Below are positions 52,102-64,000 of a DNA stretch of 64,000 nt, piece by piece; within the stretch, counting starts at the first letter, position 1; every line of letters begins with the position of its first letter. The position numbers and the translations under genes were made by a program. The stretch lies in the NCBI GenBank assembly GCA_028023455.1, contig JAQFVV010000002.1:25606001-25670000 (forward strand), written 5' to 3'. Source of the stretch: Epiperipatus broadwayi. Its lineage: Eukaryota > Animalia > Onychophora. Under the pieces are notes generated by a model, which was not told the origin of the DNA, ran no database searches, and saw nothing but the letters and a program-made list of their open reading frames with translations.

Positions 52102-52556
52102 GTAGATTCTTAAATGTTTGTGAATATTTGTCTAAACGTTTTTGGTGATTGCAGTTCATTTATAGTCTAATGTTAGACTATGTTGAATTGTTTATTGTTT
52201 TAGAAAATTTAAACTTTATTTATACTTCTTCATGTACTTTAACTGTAAGGAATCTGACTTGCGTGTTATTACCAACAGTTAAATGTGTTTGGAAAAATAT
52301 AAATAAAGTTTGGGATTTTTATAAAAACGTTTAACAATTTAATTATCTATATAGTACTTTGATGATGCTGAATAATTACTTAAGTTTTGATCTCATATGT
52401 AAATATTTAACATTTTATAATTTTATTTGGTTTTAATAATTTCATCAGCATTCAGTTTTATAGATAGGAAAAACTAATTAAAATGCGTAACTATAAGATT
52501 TGACAAGCAGAAAATCAATATCACATGATCACCTTTTTTTTTTTTTGCTTAAGAAT

Positions 52557-52912
52557 TCCAAACTCTCCGTCCAGTGTGCCACCAAGTGCAAGCCGTTATA
52601 ATTAATGGGAGCAGGAAGGTTCATGCAAAAAATCCCTATCTAGGACCTACTCATCCAACATCCCCAGATTAGTTTCTAGCTTGGGGATTTGATCAGTGTA
52701 GGAGCCTTGGATTTGAGAACACTGTACCTAGATCAAAGTACAGCGCTTTCAAATCCAAGGCTCTTCACTAATGAAAACCACAAGCTAGAAACTAATCTGT
52801 GGATGTTGGATGAGTAGGCACTAGATAAGGTTTTTATGCATAAACCTTCCTGCTTCCATTGATTACAAAGACTTCCACTTAGTGGGACTACTCTATCTAT
52901 GGAGAGTTTGGT
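52557..52912. mobile_element. Fold-back element, family D
   Basis: About 170-bp arms centred near 52730; degenerate core CTAATGA...GCTA-GAAA-CTAATC at 52768-52798. Confidence 0.85.
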
Positions 52913-54270
52913 ATTTTTATTAACAGAAAATCAATAAAGGCTTAATTGGTTTTCTGATTACTGGATATTATAAGGCTCAATAATTAGATCTTTAATAAAA
53001 ATTTAAAAGATGGCTATTTTAAAATATTGATAATGTCTTAAGAAATAATAATTATGGAGCATTTTAAAATTAAAAGAAAGTGAATAATCTTGAATATAAT
53101 ATAAAAATTGTTATGAGTTTTTACCATAGCAAATCAATAGGGTGTGAATCAAAAAATGAAAAACACAATATAATCTTGAATGCATTAGCCGATTAAAGAT
53201 TATTCAACACCAGTGAAGTTAAAAATTTAGTATTTGGCATTAATTAGATTAAAATGAAATATTGCAAGGTGTTTTTTTAATATATTACACGTTCTTTTAA
53301 TATAAAACCGGCATGATATGATGAGGTTGAATTGTTACCTAGAAGAATAATGTAACTGTTTTATTTTAAACACTGGAGAAATTAAAGATTCTTGATTCCT
53401 TCAAAATTACTCCAATCTTCAATATGTTTATATTAAAATATATAGATCCAAAACTTATTACTAGACTTTCTAAATCTGACTTGATGTGTTTTAAACAATG
53501 AGGGTGGGGATAATTTATGTTACATAATAGATTTCTTATTGATTATTTTTTTATGATGTTTTTTAAAGAACCATGTAGTAAAGAAATTGAGGCAAAATGA
53601 ATTATTATTTACAAAGATGTAAAATTGGTGAAGTGAATAGTTGATTGTATTATATCCTATTAGCAAAAAATTTTCATTGCTAGAATTTCTAGATCAAAAT
53701 TCCATTGGAAATTGCAAAGAAAACATTACAACATAAACCAGAAAATTCCATCATGAAATTTACTTCACTGTTTAATAATCTGATGATTTTTGAATAATAG
53801 TGTTGGTAAAGAATTGTGCAATTCATTCTTTTAATAACAAAATCATCTAGACTCTGTTGTTTTGCATGGATATAAAATATATATAATATATCTTTAAACA
53901 TAACATGATCACTGTTTCTTATGCTAGCACATTACTGTATGGAAAGTTTTGCCTATTTTAATATATATATTTGATTGATTGAGCCACGATTATTTGGATT
54001 TTATAAATAAACTATTAGTGGATAACTCCCACAAAAACATTTATCAAAGAACTTTAAATAAAACAAAATCAACAAAAGAGAGCTCGAATATATTATCTTA
54101 AGAAACTAATTTAGATGAAGATGGCATAAATACTTATCAGCTACATAAACATAGTAATTGTATAAGTATTAGTTTTATAATTACAACATATTGAATATTT
54201 TCTCTTCACTCCTTTAATTCTTTATGCATTGATTGTATATGTATATATATAAAACCATGTAATACTCTTG

Positions 54271-54498
54271 CTATAGTCACTTTTTTTATCATGCATTAAT
54301 TATTATTTTATTTCTTGCCACTATTTCTAACAGTTTCAACTGGGCAACAGACTTTAAAAGCTCTGATGAAAACTATAGACCATTTGAAACTGTTGGGAAA
54401 TATCGTTTTTTTATAGCATGTGATGTTTGATGGTTAAGAAAATATTGTCAAAAAATAAAATAAAAAATTAATGTATTGTAAAAAAAAAGTGACTATAG
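54271..54498. mobile_element. Diverged fold-back element, family E
   Basis: ctatagtcac... / ...gtgactatag ends; CTGATGA at 54363-54369 and GAAACTGTT at 54386-54394; mirrored aacagtttc in the left arm. Confidence 0.7.
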
Positions 54499-55895
54499 AA
54501 AGTGTATTAAATGATATTATATAGGCACATTGGAATATATATATTTAGAAGCCTTGTATGTTATTATTAGATATCTGCTAGTGCTTAATAAATTTATATA
54601 TTTACATTTGTTACTATCATTTCATTACATTTCAAAATTGCTTCGTTGTAAATCGAAAGATTTCACATTGTTTATTTATATATAATATTTGGTGAATTAA
54701 ATGTGAAGATGTTTTAAACTTTGCGCTCTTATTTCGGAATGCTTGAGTCTAACTTATTTATATATAAATTTAAGTATAGAAGAAGGTGGGTCCCATCTTT
54801 TTCTTGTGTTTTGGCTTGTGTTCTTGAATTGAGAGTTCATTGTGCAGTCATTATTACATCTGATTGACTGTCATATAATCATTTTGAAGGCTCTTCTGTC
54901 TAAAGTTTTAGCTTTGTATGTTATTATAAAAATTAAAGAGATTATGCTAATTAATTTAAAGAAAAAATAGTATAGGCATTGCTCCAAAGGATTAAATATT
55001 TCAGTTTGATGATAATTGCGTATATCTATATATAGAACAGAAATAGTTTCCATTGTAAAAAGCATTACAGTTATTAGCAAGATCTTTAACTAGAAGAATT
55101 GAAGTAATTGTCACTCAGAGAATCAGTAAAAGATTAAACATTTTTTTTTTTTTCACTATAGCTGGACGAATCGATAGACATAAGATATATCATAATTAGC
55201 AATTTGCAGGAAGTTAGTCTTTGATGTTTTTTTTTTATGAAAAATAAAATTTCTTAAAGTTCTGCCATTTAAAGGGGCCACCAGAGAGGAGGATATATGT
55301 TCTTTTTTAAAAAAATTATGTAACAGATAAAAAATTACTAATGCAAAAGTTAATTTCAATTATTACAGACAGCACACCAGCAATGAGTGCTATGAAGAAT
55401 AGATTTTTTGCCTTGTGTAGACATGATTCATTATTTCCAACACACACACACACTCACACAAAGTAACAATTATGTTATGTATTAATATAAATACTAAAAC
55501 AACTAAAAAAATTGAGAAACAAATTGGAAGAAAACAAAAGCTTGTTTTATGCAATATAAGATTTTGAATCTAAATATTAATTTAGTTTGTCATTTGATAA
55601 AATAAGATAATTCTTGAAATTTGTTTATAATGCTTACAAAACTGAACTAATACCTTCAAATATTATAATTTATAAAGCAGATTTTTATGTTTTGGTAATG
55701 AAAAGAGTAATTGTAAGAATTCAGAGCAATGCCTTTAAATAACAATAAGATTTTTGATAAACTATCAATTGCTCTTAATAATCAGAGTAACTTTATTAAA
55801 GTACATATCGATGTAGGAAATTCTTATAAATAGTAACACATATATTTAGTTTAAAAATTCATATCAAACAAGTTTTTTTTCCTCCATATATCAAA

Positions 55896-55984
55896 GCATT
55901 GGCCGGGAAGAGAGCCCACGACAACTGTCTGCAAGCAACTGCTTGCTTGCAAGGCAGCTGCGCTGACCTCTCGGCTACCAATGC
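55896..55984 (-). pseudogene. tRNA-Gly(TCC)-derived pseudogene or SINE-like unit
   Basis: Minus strand GCATTGGTAGCCGAGAGGTCAGCGCAGCTGCCTTGCAAGC...TTCCCGGCCAATGC; homologous to 18369-18451. Confidence 0.7.
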
Positions 55985-56457
55985 TTGACTACTTTTTTAA
56001 GTTAAAAACATTAGATTTAATTAAGTTATTTTATAGACAAAATACATCTAAGAATTATTTTATTATTCAGTGTAACAAATTATTAAAAATTCCATAATTG
56101 AAATATATATATAAAAGATGTATGGCTTTATTGCTCGGGAGTTCATAAGAAGTTTGAGCGTTAGAATCAATCTTGGGACGTTATGATCTCAAGTCGGACA
56201 CTGCACTGGACATTGAAATATAATTGTCTACATGCAATTATAAAAGTTTTTTGAAGAGAAAATATAAAAAATATTAAATATAACCTCAATGTATTTTCTA
56301 TGCAAAACACTCTTTTCAAAGACAAATATATTTGCCTTTAAAAAGAGTACTCGGCACCAAAAAACTATTTATAATTTATATATTTAAGAAGCATTATGAT
56401 TATATATAGAGTATACAGATAATGCTTTTAATTTTTGTTTTGTATTTTTTTTTTTAG

Positions 56458-56555
56458 CAAAAATTCTTTGAGATTTTGGAATTTATTGTCTTCAATCTAC
56501 TCTTTGTACCCTGCAAAGAATTGATTAGTTTGAGCATTTTACTCAAGACACAAAG
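56458..56555 (+). CDS. WDFY3: WDFY3 coding exon
   Basis: poly-T AG acceptor, GTAAGT donor. QKFFEILEFIVFNLLFVPCKELISLSILLKTQ(S). Confidence 0.95.
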
Positions 56556-58013
56556 GTAAGTTATTCTTTTTTTTTTTTTTTTTGGCCAAATCCTAAGTAA
56601 AATTAAACTCTTAAATTATCTTTTAAGGATGCCATTAAATTGTGTTATCTTTTGTATTTTTTTTTTATAAAAAAATTAAAATTATTATATTAATTTTTTA
56701 ATAATCATATAATATAAAATAAGGCAAAAATATATTGTTTCCGATAAAAGGAAAAAGCTAGCTATAAAAAATAACTTATTGAAAAATATTCCCCACCCCC
56801 TTTTAAAGTATATTTACTTTATTTATTAATTTTTCATATATTTTGTGAAATTTAGAATTTCCTATTTTAAAACATATAATAAGAAAATTTTTGAAAATGA
56901 ATTTAGAAGAAAATTTAAATCTAAGGTCCCTTAATGAGTTTCTTACAAAACTTGAATTTCACGTTTCATAATAGCAAATTTTTTATACAGTAGTGCCACC
57001 CTGTGCAAGCATGGGAAGCATTAATCATGTGATGCTTTAGTGGTTTATGTTCCATAGTAATAACTGAAATTTTTATTTTTCATGAGATGGAATAAATCTC
57101 TAAATTAGTATTTCTTTTAAAACCTTCAATCTTTTTTCTTTTGTTAGCAAACTGAGCATATTTCTGCTTAATTAGGAATGACACTCTAAACAAAACATTT
57201 AATTAGTTGTTTTTTTTTACTTTTAGTTTTAATGGACTACAAAATAATCATTTATATTATTAAAAATCTGGTCTTTGCATTTTTTACTCTTATTTTTTTT
57301 ACTATTACTTTCATCATCAATTATCTGATGTCACAAATATTTAAACATGATAAACTGTTTTATAACTTTTTTTTTTCATTGTCATTATCAGCATAAGTAA
57401 GAGATAAAAAAAACTAGAGATGACTTTTGTGATGAGTATTCAAACCAATCTGTGAAACACAAATATATCCTCATAAACATAGTGGTCTATTATTTTATTT
57501 ATTTGATATTTTGTGGAACTGTCTTTACCTTTTTTACAGAAAACTTTTTTCTTCGAAAATCTTCAACACTATCAATGGGAATAATCAACATTGCATTTTT
57601 TAGAATGTTTTTGAGATAATCCTTATAATGTAAATGGAGTTTATCTTTCTCGTAAAAGCCTTGCTTAAGTTTACCATAAAACAACAATCTTTTAGAAAAT
57701 TTTGTATAGTTTATTTACTTTATATGTCCCATACAATGAAGATATGATTTCACAATAGTGGACTCTAATCACCTCCAACAACTTAGAGAATATATTGATT
57801 GTTTTATCTTGCCATTATATACAAAACTTTTCTAATATCTTTATAAAGTATCGCTTGTCTGTTCAAGACTTGCTTCCGTACAATAAATTAGAAAATAAAT
57901 AACAGTTCTATATATACAATTAATTTAATTGCAATAATCATCTCTCGATATATATATATGAAAAACAAAACAAGTTTTATATACGTAAAAACCTGCTATC
58001 GCTTGTATTAATG

Positions 58014-58238
58014 ATCAATAGATGGAGCTTTACCAAGATCTCCAAACAAGCATATTTGTTTACATAAATGTCAGAGTCAATATTCACTGTCTCTTTCATT
58101 TTGCTCCACTCTCAGATCAGTTTGAAATCAGCTGATCTGAGGGTGGAGCAAAATGAAAGAGACAGTGAATATTGACTCTGACGTTTATGTAAACAAATAC
58201 GCTTGTTTGGAGGTCTTGGTAAAGCTCCATCTATTGAT
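58014..58238. repeat. Fold-back element, 107-bp arms, 11-nt loop
   Basis: 58014-58120 / 58132-58238, near-perfect. Confidence 0.9.
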
Positions 58239-59427
58239 ATATATATATGTGTGTGTGTGTATTTTAATAAATAAATAAATAGTTTTGATTTTACTGTATA
58301 ATATATTCTTATAATCAATCAGAAATAAATAATAATTTTTAAATAAAAACTATTTATCAGAAGTACTTGTGTTATACATGAACAAATAAATAGTTTTAAT
58401 GAATTATAATAATAGGTTGTTAAGCAGGAAATTTTTCTTCTCACTTTCATTAGTTTTACAATTATTCATTATAAATTTTATTGTGTTAAATTTATTCAAA
58501 TATTGTATATTTTAACAATTTCATATGAAGAAAGATTAAAAGAGAATAGTTTGGTTAAATTAGACATCCATATAATATTTTTTAATTCAGGAATAATTTT
58601 TATGAATGCTGATATGTAATTATAAAAATTATGACAACAAATTTAAAAAAATAGAAAATGCTACATACAGCTACCACGAATGCTGCAGTCATGCTAAAGG
58701 TGGCCAAAACAAACAGAAACAAAATTAACAGTTTTTATAATTAAAGTTTTGACTTTATTACCACAAATTAACTATTAAAATTAAACTAACAATGCTTAAT
58801 ATACATTACAATTTATATCATTACACAGTTCAGTATTAAAATTACTACTTAAGAATGCGCAGTCATAAAGACGTAAATTAAAATATAATAAAGCCGGTGT
58901 GACCTGTATAGTCCCTAAGTCCACTTTTGCACATTCAGGGGTGGAATTCACTGGATCACTTGACTGTTCTCCTTAGACTCAGCTATTTGGTGTCTTCATA
59001 TAAAAACGGCCAGCTCCAATGATGCGAGTGTATAGATTTAGACCTCAATTTCTGTTATCTGTGAGCTTTTATATTTTCCTGGTGATAGTGGAATGTTCTA
59101 GAGCATAATTAATTATTATTGTTCTTTATCTTTTTAAATATAATCATTTTCTAATCCAGAACTGCTTATTAACATTTTAATCTTCAACATTCATAACTTT
59201 GTAATACTTCATTTCTTTTAACTTTAGCACACATTTTATTTCTAATTACATTATCTCATTATATTCTAAATATTTATATATATATAACACTAAATATCTA
59301 TATATAGCACAAAACAATTTAGATTCTAATCACAATGTTACACTTTCTGAAAATATAGATTTTCAATTATATGAAATTATAAAAAAAATATACATAAAAA
59401 TGCAACTATCACTGTGTAAATTATATA

Positions 59428-60432
59428 TAGTGCCACCAAGTGCAAATCTTTTTAATCAATGGTCGCAAGAAGGTTTAGGCATAAATTTCCTAGCTAGTGC
59501 CTACTCATCCAACATCTCCAGTCTAGTTTTTAGCTTGGGGTTTTCAAAAGTGAGGAGCCTTGGATTTGAGAGCTCTGCACCTATATCTTAAGATCTAATG
59601 CAACCCTCAAGCAGCCACCTTTTAAACTATTTGGGTAACTATAAAGTTAGGAGTCGGAGATGAAAACACCATAATGTTTCTAACCCAATCTCATTCACTT
59701 GTATAGGCATATAGATCTGAATTTATCTGCATGACTATACAAGCGAATGAGATTGTGTTGGAAGCATTATGGTGTTTTCATCTTGGGCTCCTATCTTTAT
59801 AGTTAACCAATAGGTAAAAGGTGACTGCTGGAGGGTTGCATTAAATCAGAAGATCTAGGTCAATGCTTTCAAATCCAAGGCTCCTCACTGATGAAAGCTA
59901 TAAGCTAGAAACTGGACTGGAGATGTTGGATGAGTAGATACTAGACAGGGATTTTGTGCACAAACCTTTCAGCATCCATTGATAGTGCCCTTGATTGGCA
60001 CTACTGTATGGAGAGTTTAGTACTCTTATTAACAGCATGCATAAGCATATGAAATGGTGATCGTGTGATGTTTTGATTTTATATCTATCCTTTCCATAAG
60101 ATAATGGTGTCTGTGGTTTTTGAGAAGCCAGTTGCTGAATTGAGTTTATACTTATATGACTGACTATACAAGCGAATGAGCTTGGGTTGGGAACCTTATT
60201 GTGTTTTCATCTTGGGCTTATAGCTTTGTAGTTAACCAAATAGGTAAAAGGTGGCTGCTGGAGGGTTGTATAGATCTTAAAGATCTAGATGTGTGCTCCT
60301 CGCTGATGAAAGCCACAAGGTAGAAACTAATCTGAGGATGTTAGATGAGTAGGTGCTCAGATAGAGATTTTGTGCATAAACCTTTCTGCATCCATTGATT
60401 ATGAAGGCTTGCCATGGTGGCACTATTGTATG
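59428..60432. mobile_element. Family D composite: about 280-bp-arm fold-back plus a direct repeat of the right arm
   Basis: Arms 59428-59710 / 59731-60003; direct copy 60161-60432; hammerhead-like motifs at 59883-59922 and 60298-60337. Confidence 0.88.
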
Positions 60433-60439
60433 CGAAAGT

Positions 60440-62290
60440 TAATGTAGAGATGTAATTGCAATGGAAAATAGAAATAGTTATGTGAGAGTATGTTTGCCTA
60501 ATGCTAGAATTAGGGATGTTACAGATAAGATAAATAAACAGGGGAGTAGAGATGTATTGGTTATGGTGAGGACAAATAATTTGTCAGAACCATTGAAGAA
60601 AGTTTTGGATAAGTAGTTTGAATAAGATTGAAGGAAGAGTAGGAATAATTAAATTACTATCAAGATTCGACAATAGGTATATGTTATATAGGGCATGTTC
60701 TATAAATGAGAGATTGGTACAATTATGCGATAGAAATAATGTTATGTTTATGGATGTGTGGGATGTTTTTATTAGTAAGAGGGAGTTGTATAGGAAAGAT
60801 GGATTGCATTTAGCAAAACAAGGAAGTGAAGCATTAGAGGGCATGATTTATGAAAAATATTATATTTCAGGAAACTTATAAAGGGGGGGGGGTAGGCTTT
60901 TAAATTATAGTATTAACTAAAAAAAAAGTTAAGGATGGAAGGGATGTATGATGTAAATAAAGATTAGCTTATCTAGATATAAATGTAGATGTGGAGAGGG
61001 AATGGGTCAATAAAACTAATGATAAACAAACTAACTACAAATGTAATAGAAAAGAAAGAGTTAAAAGAATTTATAAAAGGGCAGAAAGAAAGGGAAAATA
61101 TGTAAAAATTGAATATTTAAATATGCTAGATGCTAGGAGAGCAGAAAAGTGGTTGGAATTGGCCAAAGCAGTAAAAAATGAGGGTTTAAGCAGTAGTGGA
61201 AACTTATGTAAGAGAAGAAAGAAAAAACCTACACTGGAAAATTTGTTATGATGGGGTGTAAATAGAAATGAAAAAATGGATTGTCGTATAGAAGTAATGT
61301 CAAAAAAATATTTAAATATTGTAAAGTTTGTGGTTTGAGATAAAGTTTGGAAGACAAGAATGTTTGTGGCTATTGTGTATATGGTCACTGCAGATAGTCA
61401 CACTATAATGGAGTGGAGCAATAGCATATATGAATGCCTATTTAAGGATCTGTAGAGGTTCAAAAAAAAGGGGGAAGAAAATTATGGTTATAGAGGATAG
61501 GAATGGGCATATTGAAGAAATTGATGACATAGATAACAGGCAGCTTCTGAAATTTTTTTTGTCAGAGAGTGAATTTGAACATTGGAAATTTATCTTATAT
61601 TTATGAGTGGCAATACACATGGTTTAGAACTAATATATTTTACCCAATAGATTAGGTATTAGTAGATAAAGATGGAATGAATAGAGTACAGAAAATTAAA
61701 GTTTTTGATAATGAAGAGAGAGTATATAATAATGACCATAATTTCTTTATAATAAAAAATGGTTAATAATGTGATGGAAAATAATAGTAAAAGTAAAAAG
61801 GGTAGTGAAAGATATGGACGGAGAATGAATGATAAGAGTATAGAATAAAAATAGAAGTTATGGAAGAGTTTGTTGGGAATGAATATAAGGATTGGTGCGG
61901 TGAAATAGAAAAAGTGGCAAATAGGGATTTTAGATGAGAGTATTCAGAAGAAGAATAGTAGTAGAAAAGTGGGAATTAGTAAAAGTATAAAAGAGAGGAA
62001 AAAAGCATACAGAGAATGTAAATGTGCTATTAAGAACAAAGAAAGTGAAAAAGGTGTTAATATTAAATGGGTAAACTATTTAAATAAAAAGAAGTTGGCT
62101 AATATAGATAATTATAGCTAATGAAATTAAATAGGAACAGCTGTTCCTATAGTCTGCATATATGTATTTAGTTTAGAATTAAATAGTCATGATAATTAGA
62201 AATATATATATATACGTCTGTCAGTAATTGCCTTCTGGTCATATATGGAGAAGTATAATAAAATTAGACGCACTTAATGGAGATGGGCTA
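60440..62290 (+). mobile_element. LINE 5' portion: SGNH-esterase ORF1 plus decayed APE endonuclease (CR1/L2/RTEX-like)
   Basis: VCLPNARIRDV..DVLVMVRTNN and RACSINERL...F.DVWDVF...LYRKDGLHL (SGNH blocks). Downstream AIVYM, GD.NGH-like and DHN remnants; stops near the start of RT. Confidence 0.65.
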
Positions 62291-62735
62291 TTTTTGAAAA
62301 GTGTTTGAGATATAAATAGAAAGCATGAGTTTGAGATGTAAATAGAAAGCACTGAGTAAATATATTAGAAAGTTGAAATACTTGAGTATTAAAAAGAATA
62401 AGTTAAAAGATAGAATCCTTCTTGGAAAAATAAGAAAGCTAGAGTGGACATAAGTTTTAAGACTAAATGCTGCATAAGAGTCGAGTACATAATATATATA
62501 TATAAAAGAGGAAAGAAAGAAGCTGTTAAATACTTTTTGATTTTCAGACAAAAGTTACGGAATGGAAAATATGATTCTATTAAGTATATAGATCCTTCTC
62601 TTGAATAGATTATTTTTTATTTATTTATTAATTATTGGATTAACTATTTCTAATATATGTAATTATAAATAAATGATTTTTATTAATAAAGATTGTGATT
62701 GCTTATTAAAGAATTGTTTTCAATTATTTCACTAG

Positions 62736-62908
62736 TTCTGTTGAATGTAGTATCATTTGTATGAAGAGTCTTCTCAAGATATTAAAATTTCATCCTATCT
62801 TCAAAGATGTGTATCGAGAAGTTGGTTTATTGGAAGTTATGGTTACTTGCTTACACAGATATGCCATTCTCTTGAAAGACCCTCTCTTGGAAGCAGAAGG
62901 TGAAAAAG
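62736..62908 (+). CDS. WDFY3: WDFY3 coding exon, last in window (donor after 62899 or 62908)
   Basis: actAG acceptor, phase 2. SVECSIICMKSLLKILKFHPIFKDVYREVGLLEVMVTCLHRYAILLKDPLLEAEG(EKG). Two in-frame GT donors 9 nt apart. Confidence 0.93.
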
Positions 62909-62977
62909 GTAATGAAAAAACTATTTTTATATTTGTGTGTGTGTGTAATATGCAATCATCATAAAAGTATTTAATAT

Positions 62978-63458
62978 ATGTACACCTTATATATCCCCAG
63001 TTTGTTCCAGTGAAAATTTTCTCGCTAAACTGCCTGCAATGCCATCTCTGGATCACTGCATATGTATGTAATGAAATTAATTTAACAACTCGCCACAAAA
63101 AGTTTAGATAATAGTGAGTTTGAATCATGAATCGTAACATGAATTGTAGCACAGTTTGTTTTATACCATATCTGATGTTGGAACAAAAGGCTACATTTCA
63201 ATTGAGCTATTGAAATGTTTGAAGTGATTCAAATTGCATATGACAGTGAAGTCATGAATCAAATGTTCTCAAATGGTTTGCAATATTTTGTGGTGGCAGA
63301 GTGAGCATTCAAGTCAGTCCATAAAGGTACAAAGCACATTGTCACATATTATGTTGTAACACATGGTCCAGAGTTATGTAATACATGCAATGATTTTGAG
63401 ACAGTGCTATAATGAGCCTAGTCAAAGAACCAGTCACCCTATTTACTGGGGTGTACAT
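62978..63458. mobile_element. Possible MITE (short imperfect TIRs)
   Basis: atgtacacc...ccagt (62978-63001) vs actggggtgtacat (63445-63458). Confidence 0.3.
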
Positions 63459-64000
63459 GTTTGTGTGTGTGTAGTATACAATCATTATAAAAATATATAG
63501 TACATGTACACTTGTTTACATTTACGTATGCTACATATATTCAAAGTATAAGTAATACTCATAATAGGATATTTATTTTTTTAAATGAATCCACTTAAAA
63601 ATAAATGGCTTACACATGTGCATATTTTTTAAATTTTTGAGTTATTGATGTTCCTCAAATCTATAAAAATAATAGAGGGATAAAATCATTTGTAATGAAT
63701 TTCTGAGCAAATAATATTTTATCATGTAGTGATTAACAGAAGTCAGTAATTTTAATTCTTTAATAGATAATAGGTATGATAAAACTGTTAAGCATCTTCT
63801 TAGTTTAGATTTGTTTGTTTTTTAAAAAAACAACTTTCAGTTAATTTTTTTTATGGTAAAAAGGGATTTCATTTGTGATGTTGTTTCACAAGAATTAATT
63901 ATAATGAAGCTAATTTAATTCAAAATATATAAAACAATGACAAAAGTAAAACTTCATTTTGTCTCATTAAAAGTTGACATTATCGCCACCTACTGAATGA

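Noticed and set aside
62790-63152. 120-aa minus-strand ORF
   Set aside because: Antisense shadow of the WDFY3 exon plus intron; no recognisable domain.
1-64000. Most short ORF-track entries (F/L/I/Y-rich, 60-90 aa)
   Set aside because: Expected chance frames in very AT-rich introns; only those matching WDFY3 or TE domains were kept.
1-64000. CRISPR array, operon or horizontally acquired prokaryotic system
   Set aside because: No regularly spaced repeats with unique spacers and no intronless prokaryotic-type genes; the window is a spliced animal gene with TE-rich introns.

Overview
Very AT-rich eukaryotic (animal, probably arthropod) DNA. The window lies inside one large gene on the + strand: eight coding exons (11654-62899/62908) encode the N-terminal part of WDFY3/Alfy (Drosophila blue cheese orthologue). 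All eight have AG/GT boundaries and matching phases. The gene starts before and continues after the window. The introns are full of decayed transposons: several RTE-clade LINEs, a hAT (SPIN/Buster-like) transposase, two Penelope-like GIY-YIG fragments, a LINE with an SGNH-esterase ORF1, and tentative DIRS, Merlin and piggyBac remnants. There are also three tRNA-Gly-derived units. The most striking non-coding signal is about a dozen long fold-back (hairpin) elements from several unrelated families. Most carry type I hammerhead-ribozyme-like motifs (CUGAnGA, stem II, GAAA, self-complementary stem III, UH), each family with its own palindromic stem III. This points to non-autonomous Penelope-pLTR or retrozyme-like elements. 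A 346-bp tandem unit is also demonstrably mobile: it sits inside the hAT fossil with a 13-bp target duplication and a 5' inversion. All family assignments are by eye, with no database search; ribozyme activity is untested.
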